A stretch of DNA of 64,000 nucleotides from an uncultured bacterium (GCA_943787795.1 CALSNU010000001.1:64001-128000); one strand, 5' to 3'. Positions 19,457 to 31,088 are shown, counted from the first letter of the stretch. The notes: generated from the sequence alone by a model not told the origin. Translations and numbers: made by a program.

Positions 19457-20797
19457 TCAGAGCTTGTAGAACTCCGCCCACTCCCTGCGCGGCGGCGGCC
19501 CGGTGAGCATGGCGTTGGCCAGCTCGTTGTTGGTGATGACCTCTCGGTCCCGGTCAAAGTCCAGCGAGCCGCCGAGGCGCTGGGCGATCATACCCAGGCA
19601 GAACATCTGGCAGAGCGGGCCCGAGACGCGGAAGGGAGAGCGGGTCTTCTCCTCGCCCTTCACAGAGCGGACGAAGTTCAGGTAGTGGTTCGAGCCCACC
19701 TCGTACTCCGGCAGCTTCGGCGCGAGCTCCTCGCGGCGCTCCTCGGGGATGATCGAGAGCGGGCTGCCGTGGGAGGAGCCGATGAAGGTGGTGTCCTTGC
19801 CCCGGATGATCTTCCCGGCGCGGCCAAGGTTCTGGCCCTCGGGCAGCTCCTTGGGCCGCTCGGGGCGGTTGCTGGTCCCGTCGTACCAGGTCACCGAGCA
19901 GGGGGGCTCGTCGCCGCGCTCGGGGAAGTCGAACTGGATCGTGCTCGCCATGGGGAAGATCAGGTCCCGGGGCCCCTCCCGCTTGACCGCGGTCGTCTTG
20001 CTGGGGATGCCGAGGTCCAGGAAGCGATGCACGGTGTCGAGGATGTGCGGGCCCCAGTCTCCGAAGGCCCCGGACCCGTAGTCGAACCAGCTGCGCCAGT
20101 TGCCAGGGTGGAGCTTGGTGCTGTACGGCGCCTCCGGGGCGGTGCCGATCCAGACATCCCAGTCGAGCCCCTCGGGCATGGCCTCTCCGGTGGGGTAGTC
20201 CACGTCCTTCCAACCGTGCCAGCGCCGGCCGGAGTTCATGTAGGCGGTCACCTCGGTGACGCCGCTGATGATCCCCGCCTCCCGCCAGGCCTTGAACTGG
20301 TGGTAGTTCTCGCCGGAGTGCCCCTGGTTGCCCATCTGACAGACGACCCCGTACTTCTCCTCTGCGGCGATCAGCTTCGAGATCTCGTCGTAGGTGTGGG
20401 CCAGGGGCTTCTCCACGTAGACCGCCTTGCCGAGGGACATGGCCAGGATCGCGATGGGGAAGTGGGCGTGGTCGGGGACCCCGACGGTGCACGCGTCGAT
20501 GTCCTTCTCCATCTCGTCGAACATCACCCGGAAGTCGTGGTAGCGCGGCACATCGGGGTACTTCGCCTCGATGCCCGCCGTGTGCTTGGTGCCCAGGGCC
20601 ACGTCGCAGAGCGCGACGACGTTGACGAGGCCCGTGTTGAACACCTGGTTGCCGTCGTTCCCGCCCATCCCGCCGCAGCCGATGATCGCCACGTTCACCT
20701 TCTCGTTCGCCCCCAGGACCGAGCTCGGGATCGTGGTGAAGGCTGCTGTGGAGGCGGCGAGCTTGTGGAATTGGCGTCGTGTGAGCGGCTGCGTCAT
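19457..20797 (-). CDS. Tat-exported Gfo/Idh/MocA oxidoreductase
   Basis: TRRQF; IIGCGGMG; PDHAH; VYVEKPL; QMGNQG; GAFGDWGPHILD. Confidence 0.95.
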   Translation of the reverse strand: MTQPLTRRQFHKLAASTAAFTTIPSSVLGANEKVNVAIIGCGGMGGNDGNQVFNTGLVNVVALCDVALGTKHTAGIEAKYPDVPRYHDFRVMFDEMEKDIDACTVGVPDHAHFPIAILAMSLGKAVYVEKPLAHTYDEISKLIAAEEKYGVVCQMGNQGHSGENYHQFKAWREAGIISGVTEVTAYMNSGRRWHGWKDVDYPTGEAMPEGLDWDVWIGTAPEAPYSTKLHPGNWRSWFDYGSGAFGDWGPHILDTVHRFLDLGIPSKTTAVKREGPRDLIFPMASTIQFDFPERGDEPPCSVTWYDGTSNRPERPKELPEGQNLGRAGKIIRGKDTTFIGSSHGSPLSIIPEERREELAPKLPEYEVGSNHYLNFVRSVKGEEKTRSPFRVSGPLCQMFCLGMIAQRLGGSLDFDRDREVITNNELANAMLTGPPPRREWAEFYKL

Positions 20798-21141
20798 GAG
20801 ACCTACCCTACGCCATGGGGGCGCGGACGGTGGACTCGGCCGACGACCTCTGCCTCGCTCTGGGCGTCGTCGTTGGTCACGGCCTGAGCCGCGCGAACTG
20901 AGGCGGTGGGCAGCGGTGCTTGCCGCCAGGTCCCAGCTCCGTGGGCGGGACCCAGCTGAGTCAGAATAAGCCGTGCGATCTGGAGTCTCCCGCTACCCAG
21001 TCCCTCCGTTGATTTGCCTCCAGCAGATCAAGCCCAGCGGCCGGCGGCCAAGAGCCCGTCCGAGTTACCACTGGGAGGACCGCTCACCAGCCCAGGATCC
21101 ACTACGGTGGAAGAAGCGCATTGCCCTTCGCGTCACCTCCC

Positions 21142-21720
21142 ATGAACGATCCTGATCCCGCTGCCGTGCTCCTCGTGGTCGGGGACGCCTCCGAGACGGT
21201 CGATACGCTCTATCCCTTGTACCGGCTCCAAGAGGCTGGCCTCCGGCCGGTCGTCATCGCTCCAGAGCGACGGACGTATCAGATGGTCATGCACGAGGTC
21301 CGGCCGGGTTGGACCATCACCAAGGAGTGGGAGGGCTATCAGATCGCCTCGGACCTCGCCTTCTCCGAGGTCGACCCCACCGAGTACCTCGGGATCTTCT
21401 TCAGCGGCGGGCGGGCGCCGGAGTACCTGCGCTATGACGAGGACCTTGTCCGCATCACTCGGCACTTCTTCGAGGAGGGCAAGCCCATCGCGAGCGTCTG
21501 CCACGGCGTGGAGATCCCCGCGTATGCGGGATGTGTTCAGGGGCGCCGCATGGCCACCGTCCCCAAGTGTCGCCACGATCTGGAGGTGGCGGGTGGGGTC
21601 TTCGTGGACGAGCCCTGCGTCGTGGATGGCAACCTCGTGAGCGGCCGCACGTACCACGATCACGGCCACTACATCGGCCCCTGGATCCGCCTGTTGCTGG
21701 ACGCAGCGAGGGCCGACTGA
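21142..21720 (+). CDS. DJ-1/PfpI family protein
   Basis: [31 protein letters not shown]. Confidence 0.92.
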   Translation: MNDPDPAAVLLVVGDASETVDTLYPLYRLQEAGLRPVVIAPERRTYQMVMHEVRPGWTITKEWEGYQIASDLAFSEVDPTEYLGIFFSGGRAPEYLRYDEDLVRITRHFFEEGKPIASVCHGVEIPAYAGCVQGRRMATVPKCRHDLEVAGGVFVDEPCVVDGNLVSGRTYHDHGHYIGPWIRLLLDAARAD

Positions 21721-21824
21721 ACGCGGGGCAGGCGGTGGGCTTCTCCCTTGAGGCCTGGCTCCGCTGAGCCTTACGGCGCACGAGGCGGCTGAGCGAGCCG
21801 ACGGAGGGGCGCCTGGCGATACCG

Positions 21825-22172
21825 CTAGGCTCGGGCAGACTCGCGGCTGAGGATCCCCTCTACGTCCACGTCGGCGAGGGAAGAGGCCTCATCTGTGACG
21901 ATCTCCTCGCGGGCCATGAGGTCGAGGTAGCGGCCGCAACAGACGCGCAGGAAGGACGTGAAGTTCCCGATGTCATGGTCGGCGTCGAGAGACTCGTGAT
22001 AGAGCCTCGTGATGAGCTGGTTGATCGTGAGCTTGTCCCGACTCGCCACGCGTCCGAGCACGCTCCAGAAGAACTCCTCCATGCGAATACTGGTCGCGAC
22101 GCCGTCGATGCGGAGGGAGTGAGTCCGGGCCAGCCAGAGGCTGACGTCGGCGCCGATGAAGAGCTTGCACAT
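21825..22172 (-). CDS. Ribbon-helix-helix (RHH_4) domain protein
   Basis: MCKLFIGAD, SLRIDGVATSIRMEEFFWSVL, NFTSFLRVCC. Confidence 0.88.
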   Translation of the reverse strand: MCKLFIGADVSLWLARTHSLRIDGVATSIRMEEFFWSVLGRVASRDKLTINQLITRLYHESLDADHDIGNFTSFLRVCCGRYLDLMAREEIVTDEASSLADVDVEGILSRESARA

Positions 22173-22206
22173 GGGTCGAGAAGGAAGGACGCGCCAGGTG
22201 TCTGGC

Positions 22207-22773
22207 CTAGGTCTGGAGGAGGGAGATGAACTGCGCAAGCCAAGCCGGGTGCGCTGGCCATGCGGGCGCGGTGACGAGGTTGCCGTCGGTCACGGCCTCG
22301 TCGATGTCAATGAAAGCGAAGTTCGCGCCTGCGGCGACGACCTCGGGAATACAGGTTGGATAAGCGGAGCAGGTCCGGCCCTCAAGGACGCCCGCGGCGG
22401 TCAAGAGCTGGGCACCGTGGCAGACCGAAGCCACGGGCCGGTTCTCCTCGAAGAAGAAGCGGACCATCGCGAGGACCTCCTCGTCGAGCCGGAGGTACTC
22501 GGGAGCTCGCCCGCCAGGGATCACCAACGCGTCGTACGCCGCGACGTCCACCTCGGAAAAGGTGGCGTTCAGAGTGAAGTGGTGTCCAGGCTTCTCCGAG
22601 TATGTCTGAGCCCCTTCGAAGTCATGGATCGCCGTGGCGATCTTGTCCCCGGACTCCTTGCCCGGGCAGACCGCGTGGACCGTGTGTCCCAGGGCTTGGA
22701 GGGTCTGGAATGGCACCATCGACTCGTAGTCCTCGGTGAAATCGCCGGTGATCATGAGGATCTTCTTGGTCAT
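22207..22773 (-). CDS. DJ-1/PfpI family protein
   Basis: [59 protein letters not shown]. Confidence 0.95.
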   Translation of the reverse strand: MTKKILMITGDFTEDYESMVPFQTLQALGHTVHAVCPGKESGDKIATAIHDFEGAQTYSEKPGHHFTLNATFSEVDVAAYDALVIPGGRAPEYLRLDEEVLAMVRFFFEENRPVASVCHGAQLLTAAGVLEGRTCSAYPTCIPEVVAAGANFAFIDIDEAVTDGNLVTAPAWPAHPAWLAQFISLLQT

Positions 22774-23648
22774 GACAAGGAGTGCTGTAGCGGGTTGAGA
22801 TCGTGCAAGGCACCGGGTGCCCACTCGCGCTCCCGGCGGTGCAATGAACGTGCACGTTAGGCGCGAGCTCGATCAGCGGGTGGTAGCCCAGTACGACGCG
22901 GGGGAGGGGAGGTCGTCTCGATCGGCCGCCGGCCCTTCTCCATTAGGGGATACCCAGAGCGATGACTCGGTCACGGACCGGTTAGGCCTTGGTGGTGCTT
23001 CGGGTTGAGCCACCCCTGCCCACGAGCGCCAGCGGCCGGGCGATGTGGCTGGCCCGACCATGGCTCTTGACGTGCGGACAATGCGCGGAGGCGCTCTCCA
23101 GGGGGAGGGGTTTGCAAGCGGCCCTGGAGATCCCGGGCGCCCCAGGGGAGGCGACCATCACGGGCGCCGTTGCCCGCGATGAGCAGCAGCCGGGGGAAGG
23201 CACGAAGCCCAAGTGTTCGCGGGTCGAGGGCGACGAAGGGGCGTGAGCTGTCGCTTGTGGTCGGAGATTCCTCCTGGGGAACGGATTTCGCCGGGAGTTC
23301 CTTGGGTCACCGCTGCCAGCGCCCGTTGAGCCCAATCGTCCCGTCAGAAGCGCATAGAGCCCTGGACTCTTCATCGCTGGGATCAGGCCGCGGGCCTGTA
23401 AGGCCGGGCGTGGATCGAAGCGATGTCAGAAAATCCACCTGACGTGGCGGTCAACGGCGATTCAGTTCGTCCCGACGCCTTCGTAGGATAAGTGCGCTGC
23501 CTGCCCGAAGATTGGAGGGGGCTCGTGCTGCAGAATTGCTGTGCACCCTGCCTGCTGAGACAGTTGCTGCCGCTCGAGGCGCGTGCTGGCCCGCCCGATC
23601 GTTGACCAGGATGCAGGTCTTCCCCCAGTACCTCCCCGAAGCGCGTCC

Positions 23649-24530
23649 ATGATCTCCAAGGCGATCAACCTCTTCTACTCGGCCATCGCCGACCGCGTGA
23701 ACTTCCGCCTTCATGTGTTCCCGCACAAGCCGGAGTACGCGCTGGAGGGGGACGTCCCCCAGCCGGGCGCCTACGGCCGCCTGCGGCTGTTGGCCCGCGG
23801 AGCCTCCCGCTGGTTCGAGCGGCTCTCGGGGGTGCGGATTCTCCGGATCCGGAAGATCTCATCTGTCCCCTGGAAGGTGGCCAGGAAGGACACCCAGGAT
23901 GTCCTCGCGACGATCGACTATCAGCGGGTCGTCGACCTGCGGGCGGCCATGCTTCGCAGCCACGGAGGGAGCGACAGCGAGGCCAACTCGGTCAACGGTG
24001 CCTGGAAGTTCCTCGACATCGATCTCTGGATCCCGGTGAACCTCGAGCGCATCTACCGGCTTGAGCTCCAGAGCTCCCCGCCCCGCGACATTCTTGATAT
24101 CAGCGGCGGCGCCGGCTACTTCGCCTACATCTGCCAGTACTTCGGGCATCGCGTCCACACCACAGACATCGATCAGTGGGAGGAGTTCAACGAGATGATG
24201 GAGATCCTCAGCCTCGAGCGGAGCGTCCTGTGGGTCGAACCGATGACTCCAATCCCCTTCTACGGCCGGAAGTTCGACCTGATCACCTCCTTCATGATCG
24301 CCTTCAACTTCCCTCAGGTCGAAGAGAAGCGTTGGGGCATCGAGGAGTGGGAGTTCCTCCTCTCAGATCTCGAGGAGAACCACCTCAAGGAGGACGGCGT
24401 GGTCTACCTGCTCATGAACCCCCATCCGGACCGCTCCCATTACTCGCCGGAACTCCTCGACTACTTCACCCGCCGAGGTGCCGAGGTGAATGGGCCCGAG
24501 GTCGTGTTCCGCAAGGTCGCTTCCGTCTGA
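23649..24530 (+). CDS. Class I SAM-dependent methyltransferase
   Basis: ILDISGGAGYF, KFDLITSF, W.IEEWEFLL, LKEDGVVYL. Confidence 0.8.
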   Translation: MISKAINLFYSAIADRVNFRLHVFPHKPEYALEGDVPQPGAYGRLRLLARGASRWFERLSGVRILRIRKISSVPWKVARKDTQDVLATIDYQRVVDLRAAMLRSHGGSDSEANSVNGAWKFLDIDLWIPVNLERIYRLELQSSPPRDILDISGGAGYFAYICQYFGHRVHTTDIDQWEEFNEMMEILSLERSVLWVEPMTPIPFYGRKFDLITSFMIAFNFPQVEEKRWGIEEWEFLLSDLEENHLKEDGVVYLLMNPHPDRSHYSPELLDYFTRRGAEVNGPEVVFRKVASV

Positions 24531-25093
24531 CGGTCGACCGTTCGAGTCCAGCAGACCTCCCGAGACCTCGCCGGGACAAACGCCTCTCGCGCGATCCGGC
24601 AGCGTGCCAGCGCTGCCGTGGGGACGTCCAGTGCAGATGGACCCACGGCCGCAGGTCGGGCGTGACGCTCTCCGCGGCGAGCCGCGACCTACGGGGGTAT
24701 CGGCCAGCCTTGTCTCGGGCGGAGGCGTCGTAGCGGGCATCCGCCGTGGTGTTGTTTTTTTGGGGGCTGCCGGGGCCCTGGGTGCTCGGATCAAACACCA
24801 GCTGCGACGGCAGGCAAGCGAATGGCTCGAGTCTTCTGCCAGTGGCCTGAAGCCACTGACATCGAGCCGAGGTCAGCCCGAATGCCGAACGACTCCTCCC
24901 ATCACAAGGCGCTGGTTGACTGGACGGGCGCTTGAGCCCAACCTTGGCCCGGCGCCGGCCCCGATAAGTGCCCTGGGGAATCTCACGGCAACCCTCACGC
25001 TGCGATCAGCCCGCAGCCGATTCCTCTCCTACGGAAGGCAGCCCTTGATCAGGCCCAAGCCAGTCCCCCCTCACAAGCCACAGTGACCAGATC

Positions 25094-26089
25094 GTGACCG
25101 AACAGCCCCCCGAAGACTGGATGACCGATGAAGGAGAGAGGGATCTCTTTTCGGTTGTGGTTCCGACCTTCAATCGGGTCGGAACCATCATCGAGGCCCT
25201 GGACTCAGTCAAGGCGCAGACGTACAGGCCGATCGAGATCTTGATCGCCGACGACGGCTCTACGGACGGAACAGAACAAGCGATAGCTGAGTGGATCCGC
25301 GCAAACGCCAGGCCTGACTTCGCGGTCAAGTACCAGTGGCGGGAGAACCAGGGGGTTTGTGGAGCGAGGAACGACGCGCTAGCCGTGTCGAGCGGTGAGT
25401 TCGTTCAATTCCTCGACTCTGACGACCTGCTCTACCCTGAGCGGCTAGAGAAGCTGGTTCACTTCTTCCGCGCCGAGGGGGTGGACTACATCGAGACTGG
25501 ATTTGAGGGATTCGTGGACGGAGATGATGACTACGAAGAGGTCCACTTGGGGCACGGGGAGTCATGCCAGTTCTCCCTGCTTCTGCGAGGGCGCCTGTGG
25601 CCCAACACTCTTCGGCCCGCATTCCGCCGTGGGTTGATTCGGAGGATCGGTCCCTGGCGCCACGGCATGCCAACCTTCCAGGATCTTGACTTCGTGATCC
25701 GTGCCTTAACGCTAGATCCGCTCCCGCGGGTTGGTTCGATTGTCGAGAGCTTGGCGAGGGCTAGGAGGAGCGGCGATCGAATGAGCGACACCTTCAAGAC
25801 CCTGGAGGGAAGGCGCCTCCGGGTCGGCTGCGAAGAGCTTCTTGTCCGCGAGGTCCTCGGGCGGGCCGAGTTCGACGATGAGGACTGTGTCAAGCTGCGG
25901 GCGCGATGCCTGACGCTGGCGCTCAGATCCAAGGCCGCCGGGTGGGGGGAGGTCCTTGGTGGACTCCTCGAAGCACTGAGCCTCCTTCCGCAGCCGACGC
26001 CTATGAAGGATCGCCTCAAGTGGCTGGCGATCCGCAGCGGCCGGCCGGTGTGTTGGATCGTGTGTAGAGCCCTGAAGTTGGCTGTTTGA
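25094..26089 (+). CDS. Glycosyltransferase family 2
   Basis: FSVVVPTFNR, ADDGSTDGT, NQGVCGARN, FLDSDD, QDLDF. Confidence 0.93.
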   Translation: MTEQPPEDWMTDEGERDLFSVVVPTFNRVGTIIEALDSVKAQTYRPIEILIADDGSTDGTEQAIAEWIRANARPDFAVKYQWRENQGVCGARNDALAVSSGEFVQFLDSDDLLYPERLEKLVHFFRAEGVDYIETGFEGFVDGDDDYEEVHLGHGESCQFSLLLRGRLWPNTLRPAFRRGLIRRIGPWRHGMPTFQDLDFVIRALTLDPLPRVGSIVESLARARRSGDRMSDTFKTLEGRRLRVGCEELLVREVLGRAEFDDEDCVKLRARCLTLALRSKAAGWGEVLGGLLEALSLLPQPTPMKDRLKWLAIRSGRPVCWIVCRALKLAV

Positions 26090-27134
26090 CCTTTCCTCGG
26101 CGAGAGGGTGTCAGCGAGATCCGTTCATGGGTCCTCTTGCCGGGCTCAGGGTGGTGGATCCGCGGCTAGCCCTTAGCTCCACCTCGCGATCTGCGCCTGT
26201 CCAAGGCTTCGCGACCCAGCTTGTGCAAGCGCCGAGAAACTGGCGCCCTGAACGGGCCGGTGTGGCGGACGATTCGGGCGGTAGGGAGCACATCGCAAGG
26301 GACCATTCCCTCGTGATCCGTCAAACGACCCCGTCGGTCGGCTTCTCAAGGTAGCCGGACTCCTGCCCCAGTTCCTCGATCTAAGGGCCATCCATCATGC
26401 CCTCGACCATGGCGCGTGCCTCTTCGACGCGGCCCTCGTGGTCCCAGGCCGTGGGGGACGAGTCGCGGCCGTCGGTGGCATGATAGTGGCCAATCTCTCT
26501 CAGGCCTGCGCTGGCGCGACAATCCGTGTCTTGGTCGTAGAGTCGCTTCCAGGTGTCGGAGCCGGCGACTCTAGACTTCAGGGGTGGCGAAGGTCCGTGT
26601 TATCGCGGCCATGGGTCGTGGGGAGCCATGCCGGGAGCTCGACCCGCAACGAGTTCGAAGGTCGAGCTCACGTGACCTAACTAGCGACCCGATCTTGGCG
26701 GAGAGGGCCGGCGGCGGTCTGTGCATTCACCGGCCCATCCCGTCGTTCTTCAAGGTGGCGACGTCCGGCTCTTGGGCCCTCCGTGGGCTGGCGTTACGGG
26801 AGGGGGGAGCCTTCGTTCGTCGAGTGCAGACCGGCGCCCTGAGGGCGCGCAGAGTCGCCCTTGCTTGGAAGCCAACGGCGACGAAGTCGCCCCTCCGGGC
26901 AAGTTCCGGAGCCGAGCGAGCGGCCTTTGGAGCATCCGCTCTTGGTGGGACGCAGGGAGGGGCAGGGGCCGCCCTGCGGCGTCTCGAACCAGGAACGTGG
27001 CGCGGCCTTGACCGGATCGGGACGGCGTCCCAGCGCGGGCAAAGTTGTCGTTGAGTGCGGGCAGGGATATCTTACGGACGTCTCTAGATGGGGCCTTCGT
27101 CCGGCGAAGCCGCCGCCGCTTGAGCGCTCAAGAG

Positions 27135-28094
27135 ATGGAAGCACTGATCGATCTACTGCTAGAGAAAGCAGCGGGCCTCCTCGGTCATGAGGTCGGCGAT
27201 CTGAAGCAGATGGCCTATGCCAGCAACCTCGGTTGGCTCTGGGACTTCGCTCGGGACTATCTGTTCAACTACAAGATCTGGATCCTGGGGCTCCTCCCGG
27301 CTCTCCTCATGGAGCTCTACCGGCCCGTCTTTCGCAAGAGACTGGTCACACCGAACCTGGTCCTGGACGTGGCGTACCCGCTGCTGACCCTTCCGATCAG
27401 CCTCCTGGTGACCTCGGCGATCGTGGTGGGCATCCAGAGGTTCTACGAGGTCTACATCCCCTTCGCGAACCTCGGGCTGCTCGACGATGCGCCCCTCTGG
27501 GTGCAGGCGATCGGGGTCTTCCTCGTCACGGACCTGATGTTCTATTGGTCCCATCGGCTGTCGCACGAGATCCCGTGGCTCTGGTACTTCCACACGATTC
27601 ACCACTCGCAGACCGAGATGAATCCGATGACGACCAAGCGCGGGCACCCGGGCGAGGCCATCGCGAAGACCGTGATCCGAACCCTGCCGATCGGCGTGGT
27701 GGGTGGGGAGCCCTCCACCTGGATCGCCTTCTTCCTGCTGAACAACTTCTGGGGCTACTTCATCCACGCCAACGTCCGCTCGAACCTGGGCGCTCTGAGC
27801 CGCGTGATCGTGACGCCGCAGTATCACCGCGTTCACCACTCGATCGAGACCCGGCACTTCGACCTCAACTATGGGGAGCGACTGACGCTCTGGGACTGGG
27901 CCTTCGGCACGCTCTACACCGGGTACGACGAGTACCCGGCGACAGGCGTGCGGGGGACCGAGTGGATCGTCGAGAGGACGTTCTCGCCAGTCGGTCTCGT
28001 GGCCTCTTGGTCGAAGCAGATGGTCTATCCCTTCTACAAGATTGGCGAGTCGTTCAAGACGGTCTATCGCAAGGTCGTCAGACGGGCCACCTGA
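27135..28094 (+). CDS. Sterol desaturase/fatty acid hydroxylase family membrane protein
   Basis: His boxes YWSHRLSH, FHTIHHS, FIHAN, YHRVHH; NYG...WDWAFGT. Confidence 0.92.
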   Translation: MEALIDLLLEKAAGLLGHEVGDLKQMAYASNLGWLWDFARDYLFNYKIWILGLLPALLMELYRPVFRKRLVTPNLVLDVAYPLLTLPISLLVTSAIVVGIQRFYEVYIPFANLGLLDDAPLWVQAIGVFLVTDLMFYWSHRLSHEIPWLWYFHTIHHSQTEMNPMTTKRGHPGEAIAKTVIRTLPIGVVGGEPSTWIAFFLLNNFWGYFIHANVRSNLGALSRVIVTPQYHRVHHSIETRHFDLNYGERLTLWDWAFGTLYTGYDEYPATGVRGTEWIVERTFSPVGLVASWSKQMVYPFYKIGESFKTVYRKVVRRAT

Positions 28095-28417
28095 CGCCGA
28101 ATTGAGGGGGTACGGCTGGTCCGAAGACTGGCTCGACATGGCTCCAACGGTTGGGTAGGGCGACGGGCTCTCCTGGGTCCGCGCGTTGCTCAGGGGCCTG
28201 GGAAGCGACACTTCGCGTACTGAGGCGGGTCGTATCTCGAAGGTGGCTCTGACGTCGCTGTGCCGAGGGCCTCGACGAGTCGCTCCACCGTGATCCGTTC
28301 CTCGGGTGTACCTCCTCGGCCTGCGGCTTCAAGGAAGGAGAGGCTGTGAGGACCGGCGTCCGGTCGAGCTTGTATTCTCCACCGGGGGCGACGACCGAGG
28401 CCCCGGGAACTGATCTG

Positions 28418-29365
28418 ATGTCGACCTACAGCTTTGTCCTGTTGACGTTCAACCATGAGCGGTTCGTTGAGCGGGCGGTGAAGAGCGCGTTGGAACAAGA
28501 GGGCCCCAAAATTGAGGTCCTGATCTCCGATGATTGTTCAACGGATTCGACGGTGCAGCGCATCGAGAGTGTGTTGGCATCGACTCCGACACGCCACTCC
28601 GTCCAGTTCCTCAAGAGCTCGAAGAACCGGGGGATCTCGGGACACTGGGCAGACTTGGCGGGCCAATTCACCGGCGAGCGCTTGGTGTATGCCGACGGAG
28701 ATGACGAATCGAGGTCAGACCGCGTCCTGCGGCTCGATGAGTTGTGGAATGGGGCCGCTCGCGGTGCGCAGTTGATCCACTCCGATGCCACGGCGATGGA
28801 CGAGGATGGGCGGACGTCAGGGCCGGTTCACTCGAACTTTGAGGCAGACCCAGTGCGAGCCGTGCGCCTTGGGCAGTTCCCCTTGGGCGCCACGTGTGCG
28901 TTTGAAGGAGATGTACTGCGGAGCTTTCCTCGGATGTCGCAGAGGTTCTCGTTGAACGACATCGTCTGGGGGGTCCGCGCATCGCTCCTCGGTGGCTGCT
29001 TCCACACGAAGGATCAACTGGTCCGATATCGCGAGTGTCCAAGTCCGTGGAAGGTGTGGGGGGCTGCGGAGGGGAAGGCGAAGGATCGGCACAAGAACGG
29101 AGTGCTGAAGATCGACACCTATCGCCAATGTCTGCTCGACCTCGAGGCTGCGATCAAGAAGGGCGAGAACCTCGACTTGGCGACCAAACTTCGCGCGAGC
29201 GTGTCGGCCAAGCTCGTGGAGAATGAGGCCTTTGTGGAGGCCATTGACGGGGAATGGATGCGCCTGTTGAAGCTTGCATCGAGGTTGCGGTACGTCGGCA
29301 GCGCAGCGCGCGGCCTCCGCCGCGGGTTGCGCGCAAGGAGGTCAGTGCGCCGCGATGACCCATGA
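28418..29365 (+). CDS. Glycosyltransferase family 2
   Basis: FVLLTFNHERF, ISDDCSTDST, NRGI, ADGDDES, LVRYR. Confidence 0.92.
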   Translation: MSTYSFVLLTFNHERFVERAVKSALEQEGPKIEVLISDDCSTDSTVQRIESVLASTPTRHSVQFLKSSKNRGISGHWADLAGQFTGERLVYADGDDESRSDRVLRLDELWNGAARGAQLIHSDATAMDEDGRTSGPVHSNFEADPVRAVRLGQFPLGATCAFEGDVLRSFPRMSQRFSLNDIVWGVRASLLGGCFHTKDQLVRYRECPSPWKVWGAAEGKAKDRHKNGVLKIDTYRQCLLDLEAAIKKGENLDLATKLRASVSAKLVENEAFVEAIDGEWMRLLKLASRLRYVGSAARGLRRGLRARRSVRRDDP

Positions 29366-29835
29366 CCTTGCTATCGACGACGGGGTGGGCCCACAGCGCG
29401 TGGCCATGCGCGAGCTAGCGTCGTAGTCGCCGTGGCTTCGGGCAGGTAACTCGGGCCAGCTGAGCGCGTCGTCGGTTTTGAGGGATGGCAGGCGACTCTC
29501 TCGAGTCCGCTAGGTGGCGCCCCGGGCGCTGAGGCGGCGGGGCTCGTGCACGGCCAGGGCGGGGCGCCTGCAGCCGGAGGTGACGGGTTTGTTACGTGCA
29601 GGCCACGCCGCATGATCGGGTGAGTGACCACCGTGGCATGATCCGGACCGTGTCTCGAGTCGCCCGTGCTCGCGGTTAACTCCGCCTTGGCGCCCATAGG
29701 CGCGACGGTGGAGACCTCCCCGGTGGCATTGTCACGGAGGTGCCCATCGTGGCTGATCGGGAAGCCGCGTGTCATCGCGAACCGGTCCTGACCACGGCGG
29801 ACGGCTACCGAGCGTTACCGGGAAGTTCCTGCGCC

Positions 29836-30577
29836 TCAGTAGGTGAGCTCGGGCTTCACAAAGAAGGCGGTGCAGACCGTCTGGGTCACGACGTTCTTGG
29901 CCACCGCGACATAGCCGTGCTCCGCCAGGAATCGGGCAGAGGGGTTGGAGGGCCACGTCGTCTAGCGTCGTGCTCTCAATCTCGATCGCGACGACGGAGG
30001 GGCAGAATCGGTCCCAGTCATTCGAACTCAACACCTGAAGGTCGAGGCCCTCCACGTCGATGGTCATGAAGTCGATCTGCTCGAAACGGTCCTCGTGTTC
30101 GCCCAGGATCTGGTCCAAGCGCTTGACCGTGACCGGAATTTCTCTCTGGACGCGATCGAGCGCTCCGAGCCTCTCGAGGCTCTCCCGCGAGAAAGAGTTC
30201 ATCGGACTGTCGTCACCAATGAACTGAAAGTTGAGCGTGCCCTCTTCGTCACTCACTCCGAGCTCAAGACTGATGTCTTCGGGTCGATGCTTCCTGAACG
30301 GCTGAGCGCTCCCTGGCCTGGGATCAATGTTGATTCCCCTCCATCCTCGCTTGTAGAAGAAGAAGGTGTTCGAGTGACGGAACGGGTCGAAGGCGCCGAC
30401 GTCGACGTAGAAACCGGGCTTGCCGGACTTGAGCTTCTTCTTCAGCAGAGACCTGAGGACGTAGTCTTCTCCACACTGGGAGAAGTAGTAGTTCTCGAAG
30501 TCGAATCCGAGAATCGCTCGCCGCACGTGTGCCTTGAGATTAGAGGGCAGGATCTTCCGGATTAACTTTCTTGTCAT
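29836..30577 (-). pseudogene. FkbM family methyltransferase with one +1 frameshift near the 3' end (possibly sequencing error)
   Basis: FSQCGED, GFYVDVGAFDP..SNT, GWRGINIDP, IDVEGLDLQVL; removing one G at 29950-29952 gives SNPSARFLAEHGYVAVAKN...ELTY* (stop 29836-29838). Span 742 nt = 3n+1. Confidence 0.85.
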
Positions 30578-31088
30578 GTCGTGCCTGTGCTCCGGGCGAT
30601 GGGGCGGGGACGGTGCAAGCAGCAGGCTGCGCAGGGAGAAGGCACCTTGAGAATGACAGCTGTCCGCTCCCTGAGTGATCCCCCGGTCGAGCCAACCTTA
30701 CACCGTGGAGCATGGCGGAGGGTAACGGACGGATGCGGCGGGCGCGGGAGGTCCGCGAGGTGTTGGAGCGGGCTCGGAGTCCGTCTCGAGGTTCGGCGAA
30801 GCGACGCGGCTCCGCAGGTCTCAGCTGGATTCGGACGCGTGTTTGAGGTCTCGATCCTGGGGCGCTGTTCGGCGGGGACGGGCAATGTGGGGCCTGTATG
30901 TGACCGCGAAAGAGGCCAGAGGTGCCACCCCTACGGCATGCTCACGAACGGATGGGGCTTGGCGTAGAGCCGCAGCCAAGTGGTGAGGAATGGAGGCTCA
31001 CTCCGGTCTTCTTCGAAGCCTGAGCTCGCCCCGTCCGAGCGTGGGAGGCAGCGTGAGGCCGATCCACACCTCTTGCGCCCTCGCTAGG

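Noticed and set aside
22860..23600. ncRNA or riboswitch in long intergenic gaps (also 15450-16170, 24530-25090, 30580-31080)
   Set aside because: No recognisable motif or convincing structure by eye; an Rfam covariance search would be needed.
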